Part shown: in pieces, positions 1 through 7,982 of the stretch
Layout: each line of letters begins with the position of its first letter
How positions within the stretch are numbered: the first letter of the stretch is position 1
NCBI RefSeq assembly: GCF_000284115.1
Contig: NC_017080.1
Coordinates: forward strand, 1,680,001-1,712,000
Source of the DNA: Phycisphaera mikurensis NBRC 102666
GTDB taxonomy: Bacteria > Planctomycetota > Phycisphaerae > Phycisphaerales > Phycisphaeraceae
DNA length: 32,000 nt
Direction: 5' to 3'
Notes under the pieces: model-generated
Told to the model about the DNA's origin: nothing
The model's input: the letters and a program-made list of their open reading frames with translations, nothing else
Databases searched by the model: none
Position numbers and translations under genes: made by a program

Positions 1-202
1 GGGCAAAGGGCCGATTGACGAGCCAATCGATCCGAGCCCTCGGGAAGGCCCGCGTGAGCGAGGCCACCGCGGGCACCGTCCGCGCGACGTCGCCCAGCGC
101 CGAGGGACGCAGGATCAACACCCGCTGCGGCGGTTCCCGCAGGCGCAGCCGCTGGAGGGCCGACGCGTCGGCGGGACCGGGCTCGGGGGACGAATCGGGC
201 AA
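1..202 (-). CDS. Glycosyltransferase family 9 (heptosyltransferase-like), N-terminal fragment; the gene continues beyond the left edge
   Basis: Reverse-strand translation of 121..1 reads (V)LILRPSALGDVARTVPAVASLTRAFPRARIDWLVNRPFA. This matches the GT9 N-terminal pattern (xILIxRxSALGDV...LR..FP.A.IDWLV). It is not in the ORF track because it is edge-truncated. The start is ambiguous: GTG at 121..119 or TTG at 202..200. The in-frame upstream stop is at 256..254. GC3 stays high between 122 and 202. Confidence 0.5.
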   Translation of the reverse strand, partial: MPDSSPEPGPADASALQRLRLREPPQRVLILRPSALGDVARTVPAVASLTRAFPRARIDWLVNRPFA

Positions 203-321
203 CGGGCAGCGGCGGCGGGCGGCGTCGCCGGGAACCCGGCGGAGCGGGCCAAGTTAGGTTGCTCCGGCGGGAGCGACCCGCCGCCCGCGTGCGGGCGCCG
301 CCCTACGCCCGAGAAGCGCCC

Positions 322-1113
322 ATGCCCACCGCGGTCATCTCCGACATCCACGGCAACATCGACGCCCTCGACGTCGTGCTCGCCGACATCGACCGCCGGA
401 AGATCGAGCGGGTCCTCTGCCTCGGCGACATCATCGGCTACGGCCCCGACCCGGTGGCCTGCCTGGACCGGGTGATGGAGCGATGCGCCTTCGCGATGAT
501 GGGCAACCACGACTTCGCGGTGCTCTTCGAGCCCACCAGCTTCAACACCTCCGCCGAGCAGGCCGCGTTCTGGACGCGTCGGCAATTCGAGGCCGAGCCC
601 GACCCCGAGCTGCGTCGGAAGCGGTGGGAGTACCTGGGCAACCTCTCGATCCGCCGCTGGGAGAACGGCACGATGCTCGTGCACGCCAGCCCGCGCCGGC
701 CGATCAACGAGTACGTCTTCCCCGACGACGTCCTGACCGCGCCGGGCAAGATGGAGCAGATCTTCAGCCGATTCGAGACCCGCTGCTTCTGCGGGCACAC
801 GCACGTCACGGGGGTCTTCACCGACGAGCCCGACTTCTACCCGCCCGCCGACCTCGGCGGCCCGTACCTCTTCCACGACGAGGAGAAGTGCATCGTCAAC
901 CCCGGCAGCGTCGGCCAGCCCCGCGACCGCGACCCGCGGTCGAGCTACGCGATCGTCTACGACGACGGCGAGGCCGGCGACGACGGCAAGGGCGGCCCCG
1001 CCCGCGTCGAGTTCGTCCGGCTCGAATACGACGTGCAGGCGGTGGTGGAGAAGGTCGAGCAGGTCGCGGACCTTTCGGACTTCCTTGGGCAGCGGCTGCT
1101 GGAGGGGCGGTGA
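322..1113 (+). CDS. Calcineurin-like metallophosphoesterase (ApaH/PrpE-like diadenosine tetraphosphatase / Ser-Thr phosphatase family)
   Basis: Track ORF 259..1113; I prefer the internal ATG at 322 (MPTAVISDIHGN). Motifs present: DIHGN, LGDIIGYGPDP, GNHD, GHTH. The protein has normal composition, unlike the overlapping ORFs. Confidence 0.85.
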   Translation: MPTAVISDIHGNIDALDVVLADIDRRKIERVLCLGDIIGYGPDPVACLDRVMERCAFAMMGNHDFAVLFEPTSFNTSAEQAAFWTRRQFEAEPDPELRRKRWEYLGNLSIRRWENGTMLVHASPRRPINEYVFPDDVLTAPGKMEQIFSRFETRCFCGHTHVTGVFTDEPDFYPPADLGGPYLFHDEEKCIVNPGSVGQPRDRDPRSSYAIVYDDGEAGDDGKGGPARVEFVRLEYDVQAVVEKVEQVADLSDFLGQRLLEGR

Positions 1114-1239
1114 AGGAGCGGGGAAGTGGAGGAGCGGGGAAGCGGGGAAGCGAAGAAGCGAAGAAGTGAGGAAGCGAAGAAGCGAAGAAGTGGAGGAGCG
1201 GGGAAGTGGGGAAGCGGGGAAGTGGGGAAGTGGAGGAGT
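1112..1239. repeat. 16 tandem copies of a purine-only octamer, consensus GRRGRAGY
   Basis: The sequence parses without gaps as gaaggagc ggggaagt ggaggagc ggggaagc ggggaagc gaagaagc gaagaagt gaggaagc gaagaagc gaagaagt ggaggagc ggggaagt ggggaagc ggggaagt ggggaagt ggaggagt. Positions 1-7 are always purine and position 8 is always C or T. The array starts inside the TGA stop at 1111..1113. Confidence 0.9.
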
Positions 1240-1395
1240 GGGGGGCGGGGCGGCGGGGGGCGGTTGATGGGGGCGGCGGTGGCGGGTCGGTAGGTTGCGG
1301 ACGCGGCCGCGTGTTGTTGAGTTCGGAGACGGTCCGACGCGGCTTCTGTCTTTTCCGGGTCCGTCGCCCGCGGAGCGGGCAGCCCTTTTCGAGCC

Positions 1396-1842
1396 ATGCG
1401 CACCGACTTCTCCTGCGGCATCATCCCGGTGATCCACGACGGCACCTTCCGCCGCTACCTGCTGGTGCGTCACGCCGCGGGGCACTGGTCCTTTCCCAAA
1501 GGTCACCCGGAGGTGGGCGAGAGCGACCTCGCGGCGGCGCTGCGTGAGCTGGCCGAGGAAACCGGCGTCGCCGGCGTCGACGTGCTGCCCGAGCCGGTCT
1601 TCCCGGAGACGTACGCCTTCACCAAGCGCTCCGGCAGGACCGTGCACAAGCGCGTCAACTACTTCTTGGCCCGCGTGGAGCCCGGCGCCACCGTGCGGCT
1701 CCAGGCCGAGGAGGTGAGCGACCACGCCTGGGGCCGGTGCGGCGACACATCGCGGCGGATGACCTTCGGCGAGGGCCGGAAGCTCCTGCGGGCGGCCGAC
1801 GCGTTCATCGGACGCGGCGGCGCGGCTTCCATCGGCTTGTGA
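1396..1842 (+). CDS. NUDIX hydrolase, Ap4A-hydrolase-like
   Basis: Track ORF of 148 aa. N-terminus is SCGIIPV...YLLVRHAAGHWSFPKGHPEVGESDLAAALRELAEETGV, which contains the Nudix box GX5EX7REUXEEXGU. Confidence 0.85.
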   Translation: MRTDFSCGIIPVIHDGTFRRYLLVRHAAGHWSFPKGHPEVGESDLAAALRELAEETGVAGVDVLPEPVFPETYAFTKRSGRTVHKRVNYFLARVEPGATVRLQAEEVSDHAWGRCGDTSRRMTFGEGRKLLRAADAFIGRGGAASIGL

Positions 1843-2189
1843 CCCGCCGCCGCCGCGGACGGTCGCTGCGGACGCACCGCCGGCCGGCCCGTCCGCGGCG
1901 TCGACGCGGCGGGGCGGCGGTGCGCCGGCTCGACGGTGGCGGTTGCATGCCGGGGAGGTGGATGCGTCACTGGATCGACGGCCGCGGGGCGAGCCCCCCG
2001 CGACCGCCGTTCAAGGCCGGGCGCCGAGCGTCCGATGAACCGCGGACGGCCGTCGCCACACGATTGATCCGGCGGCCGACACGGCCGCACGCCCGGGACG
2101 AGTGTCCCCGGCATCGTTGGCCGAACCGGAGTTGGTTCGGCAAGAGAATCGTTTCGGGGGCCATGGCCCTCCTGGAGAAAGAAGAAGTT

Positions 2190-2732
2190 ATGTCGCATCG
2201 CAACCCCCGCTCGCTCAAGTCCGCTGGTTTCACCCTCGTCGAGATCCTGATCGTCGTGGTCATCCTCGGCATCCTCGCCGCCATCGTGATCCCGCAGTTC
2301 ACGAACGCCTCGCAGGCCGCCCGGGCTTCGCAGCTCACCGCCCAGCTGCAGACCCTCCGCAGCCAGCTCGAGCTGGCGCAGATGGAGCACCAGGGCGTGT
2401 ACCCGACCCTCTCGGGCACCAACGCCGCCGCCTGGGCGCCCCTGACGACGCCGACCCAGCGCCTGGACACCTACGCCGCCGCGGTCGCGACGACGACCAA
2501 CCCCGCCGGCCCCTACCTGCAGAAGCCCCCGGTGAACGCGTTCTTCGCCGCCACGACGGCCCTGCCGAACACCTCCGTCGGCAGCGCCGCCACCAACGCC
2601 TGGATCTACGACGCCACGACCGGCTCGATCCGCGCCAACGTCAACACGCTCGACGCCGCGAAGGCGCAGGGCCTGGGCCTGGACATCTGGAACGCCACCA
2701 CCAACCCCGGCGGCGACGTCTCGCCCAAGTGA
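2190..2732 (+). CDS. Prepilin-type N-terminal cleavage/methylation protein (GspG / type IV pilin-like major pseudopilin)
   Basis: Internal start of track ORF 1737..2732. The ATG at 2190 is preceded by ggagaaagaagaag. The leader MSHRNPRSLKSAG|FTLVEILIVVVILGILAAIVIPQF has a G|F cleavage site and Glu at +5. An alternative in-frame ATG lies at 2163. Confidence 0.85.
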   Translation: MSHRNPRSLKSAGFTLVEILIVVVILGILAAIVIPQFTNASQAARASQLTAQLQTLRSQLELAQMEHQGVYPTLSGTNAAAWAPLTTPTQRLDTYAAAVATTTNPAGPYLQKPPVNAFFAATTALPNTSVGSAATNAWIYDATTGSIRANVNTLDAAKAQGLGLDIWNATTNPGGDVSPK

Positions 2733-2864
2733 GCCACTGCTTTCCCTCCGGCTCCTGAGCCGGACCCCGAGCGGAACCCGCGGCCCACCGCCGCGGCTTC
2801 CTGTCGTCCCGCACCGCGGGGCCCTCTCCGCCTCCCGCAGGCTTCTTCCCCCGGGACCCCCACC

Positions 2865-3122
2865 ATGCCCGCCCTCCGCTACACCAACGCCGTCCTCACG
2901 CTGCTCGCCGTCCTGCTCTCCGCCAACCTGTGGGTGCTGGTTTCCGGGCCTTCCAACGGCCTCGCCTCCGAGGCGCACGCCCAGGGCGTCTCGAACACGG
3001 CGCAGCGGCAGGTCGAGATCCTCGAGGAGATCAAGGTGGCCAACGAGCAGCTCCGCGCGATCAACAGCAACCTGATCGGCGGCGTGAAGGTCGAGGTCGT
3101 GGCCGCGCCCGGCGGCGAGTGA
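2865..3122 (+). CDS. Small membrane-anchored protein of unknown function (85 aa) within the pseudopilin cluster
   Basis: Strong GC3 bias in this frame. One N-terminal TM helix (AVLTLLAVLLSANLWVLV) is followed by a short coiled-coil-like segment (QRQVEILEEIKVANEQLRAINSNL). Confidence 0.55.
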   Translation: MPALRYTNAVLTLLAVLLSANLWVLVSGPSNGLASEAHAQGVSNTAQRQVEILEEIKVANEQLRAINSNLIGGVKVEVVAAPGGE

Positions 3123-3219
3123 GGCGCCACGGCCGCCACCCGTGAGCACCCAGCGGAGGCCGAGGGCCTCCGCTTCGCTGCGCCCAAAGCCGCGGCACCG
3201 ACCCGCCGATGGACCCGCC

Positions 3220-3783
3220 ATGCCCCGACGAAACGCCCCCCGATCCGCCGCCGCCTCCCGCGGGGGCTTCACCCTCATCGAGATCCTGATCGTGGTGCTG
3301 ATCGTCGGCATCGCGGGCGCCCTGGTGGTCCCCTCGATGCTCTCCGCCGGCACGATCGGCCTGCAGGGCGCCGCCCGGCTGATCGTGGCCGACCTCCAGT
3401 ACGCCCAGAACGAAGCCGTCGCGAGCGGGGCGGTCCGCGGCATCGAGTTCGATCCGGCCGCGAACCGCTACCGCATGTTCGACGAGAACGACGCGACGAT
3501 CGACCTGAAGTGGATGCGGGTGGGCGGGCGGGCGGACACCGTCCCCGGCGACGGCACCGGCCACACCGTCGACTTCTCCACGGACCCGCGCTTCAAGGGC
3601 TTCGACCTGCGGCGGACCCGGACCGACGGCCTGGACCCCGGCCAGCTGCCCTTCCGCGTGACCTTCGACGAGCTCGGCGCTCCGACCAGCGGCTCGGCCA
3701 ACGCCATCATCCACATCGCCTTCGCCGAGAACGCGTACCGCATCGAGGTCGACGGCTTCACCGGCCGGGTCACCGTCCAGTAG
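3220..3783 (+). CDS. Prepilin-type minor pseudopilin (GspH/FimT-like)
   Basis: Internal ATG at 3220 of track ORF 3142..3783. The leader is MPRRNAPRSAAASRGG|FTLIEILIVVLIVGIAGALVVPSM. The following AARLIVADLQYAQNEAV segment resembles the GspH/FimT N-domain. Confidence 0.75.
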   Translation: MPRRNAPRSAAASRGGFTLIEILIVVLIVGIAGALVVPSMLSAGTIGLQGAARLIVADLQYAQNEAVASGAVRGIEFDPAANRYRMFDENDATIDLKWMRVGGRADTVPGDGTGHTVDFSTDPRFKGFDLRRTRTDGLDPGQLPFRVTFDELGAPTSGSANAIIHIAFAENAYRIEVDGFTGRVTVQ

Positions 3784-3955
3784 CGGCGGCCGGGCCCGGC
3801 CGCGTCGCCGCCCGCGCGAGCCGCGAGCGTCCGGCTCGCTCCCGCGATGCGCCCCGCTCAACCCCGCGAGCCGCCCGGCCCGATGCAGGGCGCTGGGTTC
3901 TCGGACCCGCCCCCGTCGCTGCCTCGGCCCTGCGCTCCCGGCCGAAAGCCCACCC

Positions 3956-4252
3956 ATGAGAAAGCCCCGCGCCGCCCGAAGCCTCCCCGCCGCCCGGAAG
4001 CCCGGCCGCTTCGCGCGCTCGCCGCGCCTGACCCTGGCCTTCTTCGCCGCGGTCGGGCTTCTGCTCTGGGGCCGCCTCCTGCTCAAGGAGGTGCCGCAGA
4101 CGGCCTCCGCCGTCGACGCCGCGTCGCCGGCGGGAGCGGTGGAGGCGCCGACGCCCGATCCCGCGGCGGCTCCGGCCGGGCCTGGGAGCGACGCGGGCGA
4201 CCCGGAGAATCGACCCAGAAAGACGGACCCGGCTGGCAAAGTCGGCGGCTGA
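3956..4252 (+). CDS. Small basic, Pro/Ala-rich single-pass membrane protein just upstream of the secretin
   Basis: Track ORF of 98 aa. It has one TM helix (LTLAFFAAVGLLLWGRLLL) and acceptable GC3. The position is analogous to GspC/PilP-type secretin partners, but I recognise no domain. Confidence 0.45.
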   Translation: MRKPRAARSLPAARKPGRFARSPRLTLAFFAAVGLLLWGRLLLKEVPQTASAVDAASPAGAVEAPTPDPAAAPAGPGSDAGDPENRPRKTDPAGKVGG

Positions 4253-4396
4253 ATCAGACGAAGAGGAGCGTGGTGCCGTTGCACCACCCGCCCGTGCACC
4301 CGGTCGTTCCCGGGGCGAACGCACACCGACGCGGGCGCCGTTCCCTTCCCTTCCACGCGTGAGCCCGAGGCTTCGGGGCGCGTCCAGGAGACCCAG

Positions 4397-6400
4397 ATGA
4401 TTCCGTTCCGCACCACTTCGTCCCGATGGGCAGCCGCCATCGGGGTCGTCGGCAGCCTCGCCGGAGGCGGCCTCCAGGCCTCCGCCCAGGACGCCCCGCC
4501 CGCCGCTGCCGGTGAGCCGATGGACCTCTTCGAAGCCCCCGCCCCCGAGGGCGAGTCCGCCGTCGAGATGGACTCGTTCGGCAAGATCGACCTGGCCGTG
4601 AAGGACCTGGAGATCGCCAAGGTGCTCCAGCTGCTCTCGATCCAGAGCCAGAAGAACATCGTCACCAGCCGCAACGTCTCGGGCAAGGTTTCCGCCGACC
4701 TGTACGGCGTCTCCTTCCACGATGCGCTCAACGCGATCCTCCAGCCGAACAACTTCGGCTACGAGGAGAAGGGCAACTTCATCTACGTCTACACGACCTC
4801 GGAGCTGGAGGAGCGTCAGCAAGCGGCCCGGACGCTGTCGACCCGGGTGGTCCGTCTCAACTACCTCAACGGCGCCGACGCGAAGGCGATCGCCTCGACG
4901 CTGCTGTCCGACGCCGGGAAGGTGACGTTCAACTCCGAGGCCGCCGAGGGCTTCGCGCCCTCCACCGGCAGCGCCGGCAGCAACGAGTTCGCCCTCTCCG
5001 ATGCGCTGATCGTCCGCGATTACGAGGAGAACGTCGAGCAGATCGTCGCCCTCCTCGACGAGCTGGACGTCCGCCCCAAGCAGGTGCTAATCGAGGCCAC
5101 GATCCTCCAGGCGGCGCTCACCGAGAACAACGCCTTCGGCGTGGACTTCTCCGCCTTCCAGAACCTGTCGAGCTTCGACTTCTCCAGCCCCTTGAACGCC
5201 ATCGACGACCTGCTCGGCGGCGGCGGGCCCGACGGCGACTCCGGCGGCGCCATCACCTCCGGCGTCGGCAACACCGGCGCCCCCGGCGGCGTGAAGGTCG
5301 GCTACGTCGGCGACGACGCCAGCGTCTTCGTCCGCGCCCTCGACCAGGTCACCGACACCACCGTGGTCGCCAAGCCCAACGTCATGGTGCTCAACCGGAT
5401 GCGGGCCGACCTGCTCGTCGGCTCCCGCCTGGGCTACCTCTCGACCACGCAGACCGAGACCAGCACCAGCCAGACCGTCGAGTTCCTCGACGTCGGCACG
5501 CAGCTGACCGTCCGGCCGTTCGTCTCCAACGAGGGCACCGTCCGCCTCGAGCTCCGCCCGTCGATCTCCGACGGCAACGTCGTGACCCGCGAAGGCTTCG
5601 TCATCCCCAACGAGACGACGCAGGAGCTGATCACCAACATCATCGTCGAGAACGGCCAGACGGTCGTGATCGGTGGTCTGTTCAAGGAGGACACCACCTC
5701 CACCCGCGACCAGGTCCCCGGCCTCGGCGACATCCCCTTCCTGGGCAACGCCTTCAAGGGCAAGGACGACACGGTGGAGCGGTCGGAGGTGATCTTCCTG
5801 ATCAAGACCACCATCGTCGAGCCGCAGCAGATGACCGCCGCCGGCGAGGCCGCCACCGAGGCCATCCGAAACAAGCGGATCGGTGCCCGCAACGGCCTGC
5901 TGCCCTGGAGCAACGACAAGCTGGTCTCCAGCAACCTGCTCACCGCCCGCGAGGCCCTCGCCGCCGGCGACAAGGACAAGGCTCTCTGGCACGCCAACCT
6001 GGCCCTCTACATCTCGCCCACCGGCGCCGACGCCCTGGCGATGAAGCAGGAGATCACCGGCGAGCGGATCGCCTACCACGACCGCAGCCAGCTCGAGAGC
6101 GTCTTCGCCGACGAGATGGACCGCGGCCTCATGGAGATCAACCCCGACGGGCCCGCCATCGACCCGATCGACCCGACGGTGCCGATGTCCGCCACCGGCG
6201 GCCAGAACGCTCCGGCTCCCCGCGACAGCGACTGGGCCTACACGTTCGAGGAGGAAGCGGAGGAGCCCACGCCCGCTCCCGCCGAGCCCGCCACGGCGGT
6301 CCTGCCGCCCACGCCGGTCTCCACCGGCGACGCGGAGAAGGACGCGGCCGCCATGGACGCCTACTACGAGCAGCTGCTCTCCGGCGTCGACGTGGAGTGA
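4397..6400 (+). CDS. Secretin (GspD/PilQ family) with a long C-terminal extension
   Basis: Signal peptide ends ...GGGLQASAQD. N-domains: KVLQLLSIQSQKNIVTS...FHDALNAIL and VVRLNYLNGADAKAIAS. Secretin core: RPKQVLIEATILQAAL...VVAKPNVMVLN...GQTVVIGGLFKEDTT...VPGLGDIPFLGNAFK...ERSEVIFLIKTTIV. Confidence 0.9.
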   Translation: MIPFRTTSSRWAAAIGVVGSLAGGGLQASAQDAPPAAAGEPMDLFEAPAPEGESAVEMDSFGKIDLAVKDLEIAKVLQLLSIQSQKNIVTSRNVSGKVSADLYGVSFHDALNAILQPNNFGYEEKGNFIYVYTTSELEERQQAARTLSTRVVRLNYLNGADAKAIASTLLSDAGKVTFNSEAAEGFAPSTGSAGSNEFALSDALIVRDYEENVEQIVALLDELDVRPKQVLIEATILQAALTENNAFGVDFSAFQNLSSFDFSSPLNAIDDLLGGGGPDGDSGGAITSGVGNTGAPGGVKVGYVGDDASVFVRALDQVTDTTVVAKPNVMVLNRMRADLLVGSRLGYLSTTQTETSTSQTVEFLDVGTQLTVRPFVSNEGTVRLELRPSISDGNVVTREGFVIPNETTQELITNIIVENGQTVVIGGLFKEDTTSTRDQVPGLGDIPFLGNAFKGKDDTVERSEVIFLIKTTIVEPQQMTAAGEAATEAIRNKRIGARNGLLPWSNDKLVSSNLLTAREALAAGDKDKALWHANLALYISPTGADALAMKQEITGERIAYHDRSQLESVFADEMDRGLMEINPDGPAIDPIDPTVPMSATGGQNAPAPRDSDWAYTFEEEAEEPTPAPAEPATAVLPPTPVSTGDAEKDAAAMDAYYEQLLSGVDVE

Positions 6401-6651
6401 TCCACCGCGGTGAATCCTGAAGGAAGAGGAGGCCTCCGTGAAAGCGGGGGCCTCTTGCGTGCGCGGCCGCTCGGCATGGCCCCGGAGGCGTGCGTCTGCT
6501 GGACTGGGGTGCGGCTGGCGCCCGCTCCGCCGCCGCGGCGGCGGGCGGCCGCGAGAGCCGACGGGCCCGCCCGCGGGGGAACACCCCGCAGAACCGTCAA
6601 GGCCCGCCCGGAACCGCCCGATGAGAGGGACGACCGCTCCCCGGATTCTCC

Positions 6652-7923
6652 ATGTTCAACAACCACCGCCTCCTCGCCCGCGTCGCTCCCGCCTGCCTCG
6701 CCGCCGCCGTTGCCGCAGGCCTCACCGGCTGCGCCTCCAGCGGCGACAAGAAGAACCAGCACGAGCGTTGGGTCGCCGACGCCAACGCGGGCTGGAACAA
6801 CATCCGCAGCCACGCGCTGCTGGAGACCGCGACCAAGGAGTTCCAGAACGGCCGGCTGGACCTCGCCGAGCGGACCGTCGGCGACGCCGCGAAGAAGGAT
6901 CCGACCAACCCGGAGCTGTTCCTGCTCGCGGGGCGGGTCGCCCTGGAGAAGGGCGAGCTGGAGAAGGCCCACGCGATCTTCGCGAAGTCGATCGTGCTCG
7001 CCGAAGCCCGCAAGCAGGTCACCAGCGACGCGTACTACTACCAGGGCGTGATCCTGCAGCGGTGGCAGCGCCTCGACGAGGCGCTGGAGCGATACACCGC
7101 CGCCCACCGCATCGAGCCGGACAACCCCGGCCGCCTGCTCGCGATGACCGAAACGCTCGTTGCCCTGGGCCGCCTCGACGACGCCAAGGCCGAGCTGACC
7201 CAACGCCTCGCCTACTTCGACCAGAACCCCGCGCTGCGGGTGACGCTGGCCCACATCGCGAAGATGCAGGGCGAGTCGGCGGAGGCGCTGTCCTGGTTCA
7301 AGGAGGCCGCCATCCTCGCCCCCGACGACATGATCGTCCGGGAGCAGCTGGCCGACGCCCACCTCGCCGCCGGCAACATCGACGACGCGTGCGTCGCGAT
7401 GCGTCGGCTCGTGGCGGACCCCGGCTACGCGGAGCGCGACGACCTGATCCGCCGCCTCGCCGCGGCGGAGCTAGAGGGGGGGCGGGTCGACGACGCCCGG
7501 CAGCTCTACATCGACCTCACCGCCCAGAACCCCGGCAACGTCGGCGACTGGACGGAGCTCGCGCGGCTGTCCTGGCGGATGAAGGACCAGGGCGGAACGC
7601 TGATCGCGGCCAACCGCATCATGGAGCTCGCGCCCAACGAGGCGAACGGCTACCTGATGGCGGGCCTCGTGTGGCAACGCCGCGGCCGCCATGCCGACGC
7701 GCTGAACCTCTTCGACCGGGCCGCCGATCTCGACCCGCTCGACCCCACGCCGGTCGTCATGCGGGGCCTGTGCCTGCAGAAGACCGGGCAATGGGCCGCC
7801 GCCCGGGAGGCGTATGCCGAGGCGCTCCGCCGCCAGCCCGGCGACTCCCGCGTGGCGCGGCTGCTCGCCGCCGCCGAGCGTGCCGCGGGCCCCGCCCCGC
7901 TCGCCGCCGTCGAGACGAACTAA
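6652..7923 (+). CDS. TPR-repeat lipoprotein (PilF/PilW-like candidate pilotin or assembly factor)
   Basis: Lipobox AAGLTG|CASSG. The rest of the 423 aa is made of repeated TPR-like Ala/Leu helices. Confidence 0.8.
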   Translation: MFNNHRLLARVAPACLAAAVAAGLTGCASSGDKKNQHERWVADANAGWNNIRSHALLETATKEFQNGRLDLAERTVGDAAKKDPTNPELFLLAGRVALEKGELEKAHAIFAKSIVLAEARKQVTSDAYYYQGVILQRWQRLDEALERYTAAHRIEPDNPGRLLAMTETLVALGRLDDAKAELTQRLAYFDQNPALRVTLAHIAKMQGESAEALSWFKEAAILAPDDMIVREQLADAHLAAGNIDDACVAMRRLVADPGYAERDDLIRRLAAAELEGGRVDDARQLYIDLTAQNPGNVGDWTELARLSWRMKDQGGTLIAANRIMELAPNEANGYLMAGLVWQRRGRHADALNLFDRAADLDPLDPTPVVMRGLCLQKTGQWAAAREAYAEALRRQPGDSRVARLLAAAERAAGPAPLAAVETN

Positions 7924-7982
7924 GGGGCGGCCGACCCTTCCTCTCCCTCGTACACCCGCCGTTCCGGGCCACCAGAACCCCG

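Noticed and set aside
1112-1239. Possible CRISPR array, given the short direct repeats
   Set aside because: The units are contiguous 8-mers with no spacers, far shorter than CRISPR repeats. No cas genes are present in the window.
957-1547. ORFs translated across the first octamer array (957..1445 -, 1085..1267 +, 1206..1547 +); similarly 16153..16533 - across the second array
   Set aside because: The repeat period is 8 nt. Any frame therefore yields a rotating 24-nt pseudo-repeat (for example SGEAGKRRSEE or LLRFFASS), with no start context and no homology. This is non-coding repeat DNA.
115-1725. 536-aa minus-strand ORF, and the 80-aa plus-strand ORF at 15..257
   Set aside because: The 536-aa ORF is antisense to the phosphoesterase and NUDIX genes and has low-complexity Pro/Arg/Gly composition. 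The 15..257 ORF is Arg-rich and lies opposite a minus-strand frame that gives a clear GT9 glycosyltransferase N-terminus.
1659-4822. Long minus-strand ORFs 1659..3443, 3061..4752 and 3770..4822
   Set aside because: They are antisense to the pseudopilin genes and the secretin start. All are Arg/Gly/Pro/Ala-rich without motifs, and the plus-strand genes have canonical prepilin leaders and a signal peptide.
6438-7982. N-terminal 515 codons of the 906-aa ORF 6438..9158
   Set aside because: The translation is extremely Arg/Pro/Gly-rich. It overlaps, in another frame, the well-supported TPR lipoprotein gene (6652..7923). Only the part from ATG 7983 (the HD-GYP protein) looks real.
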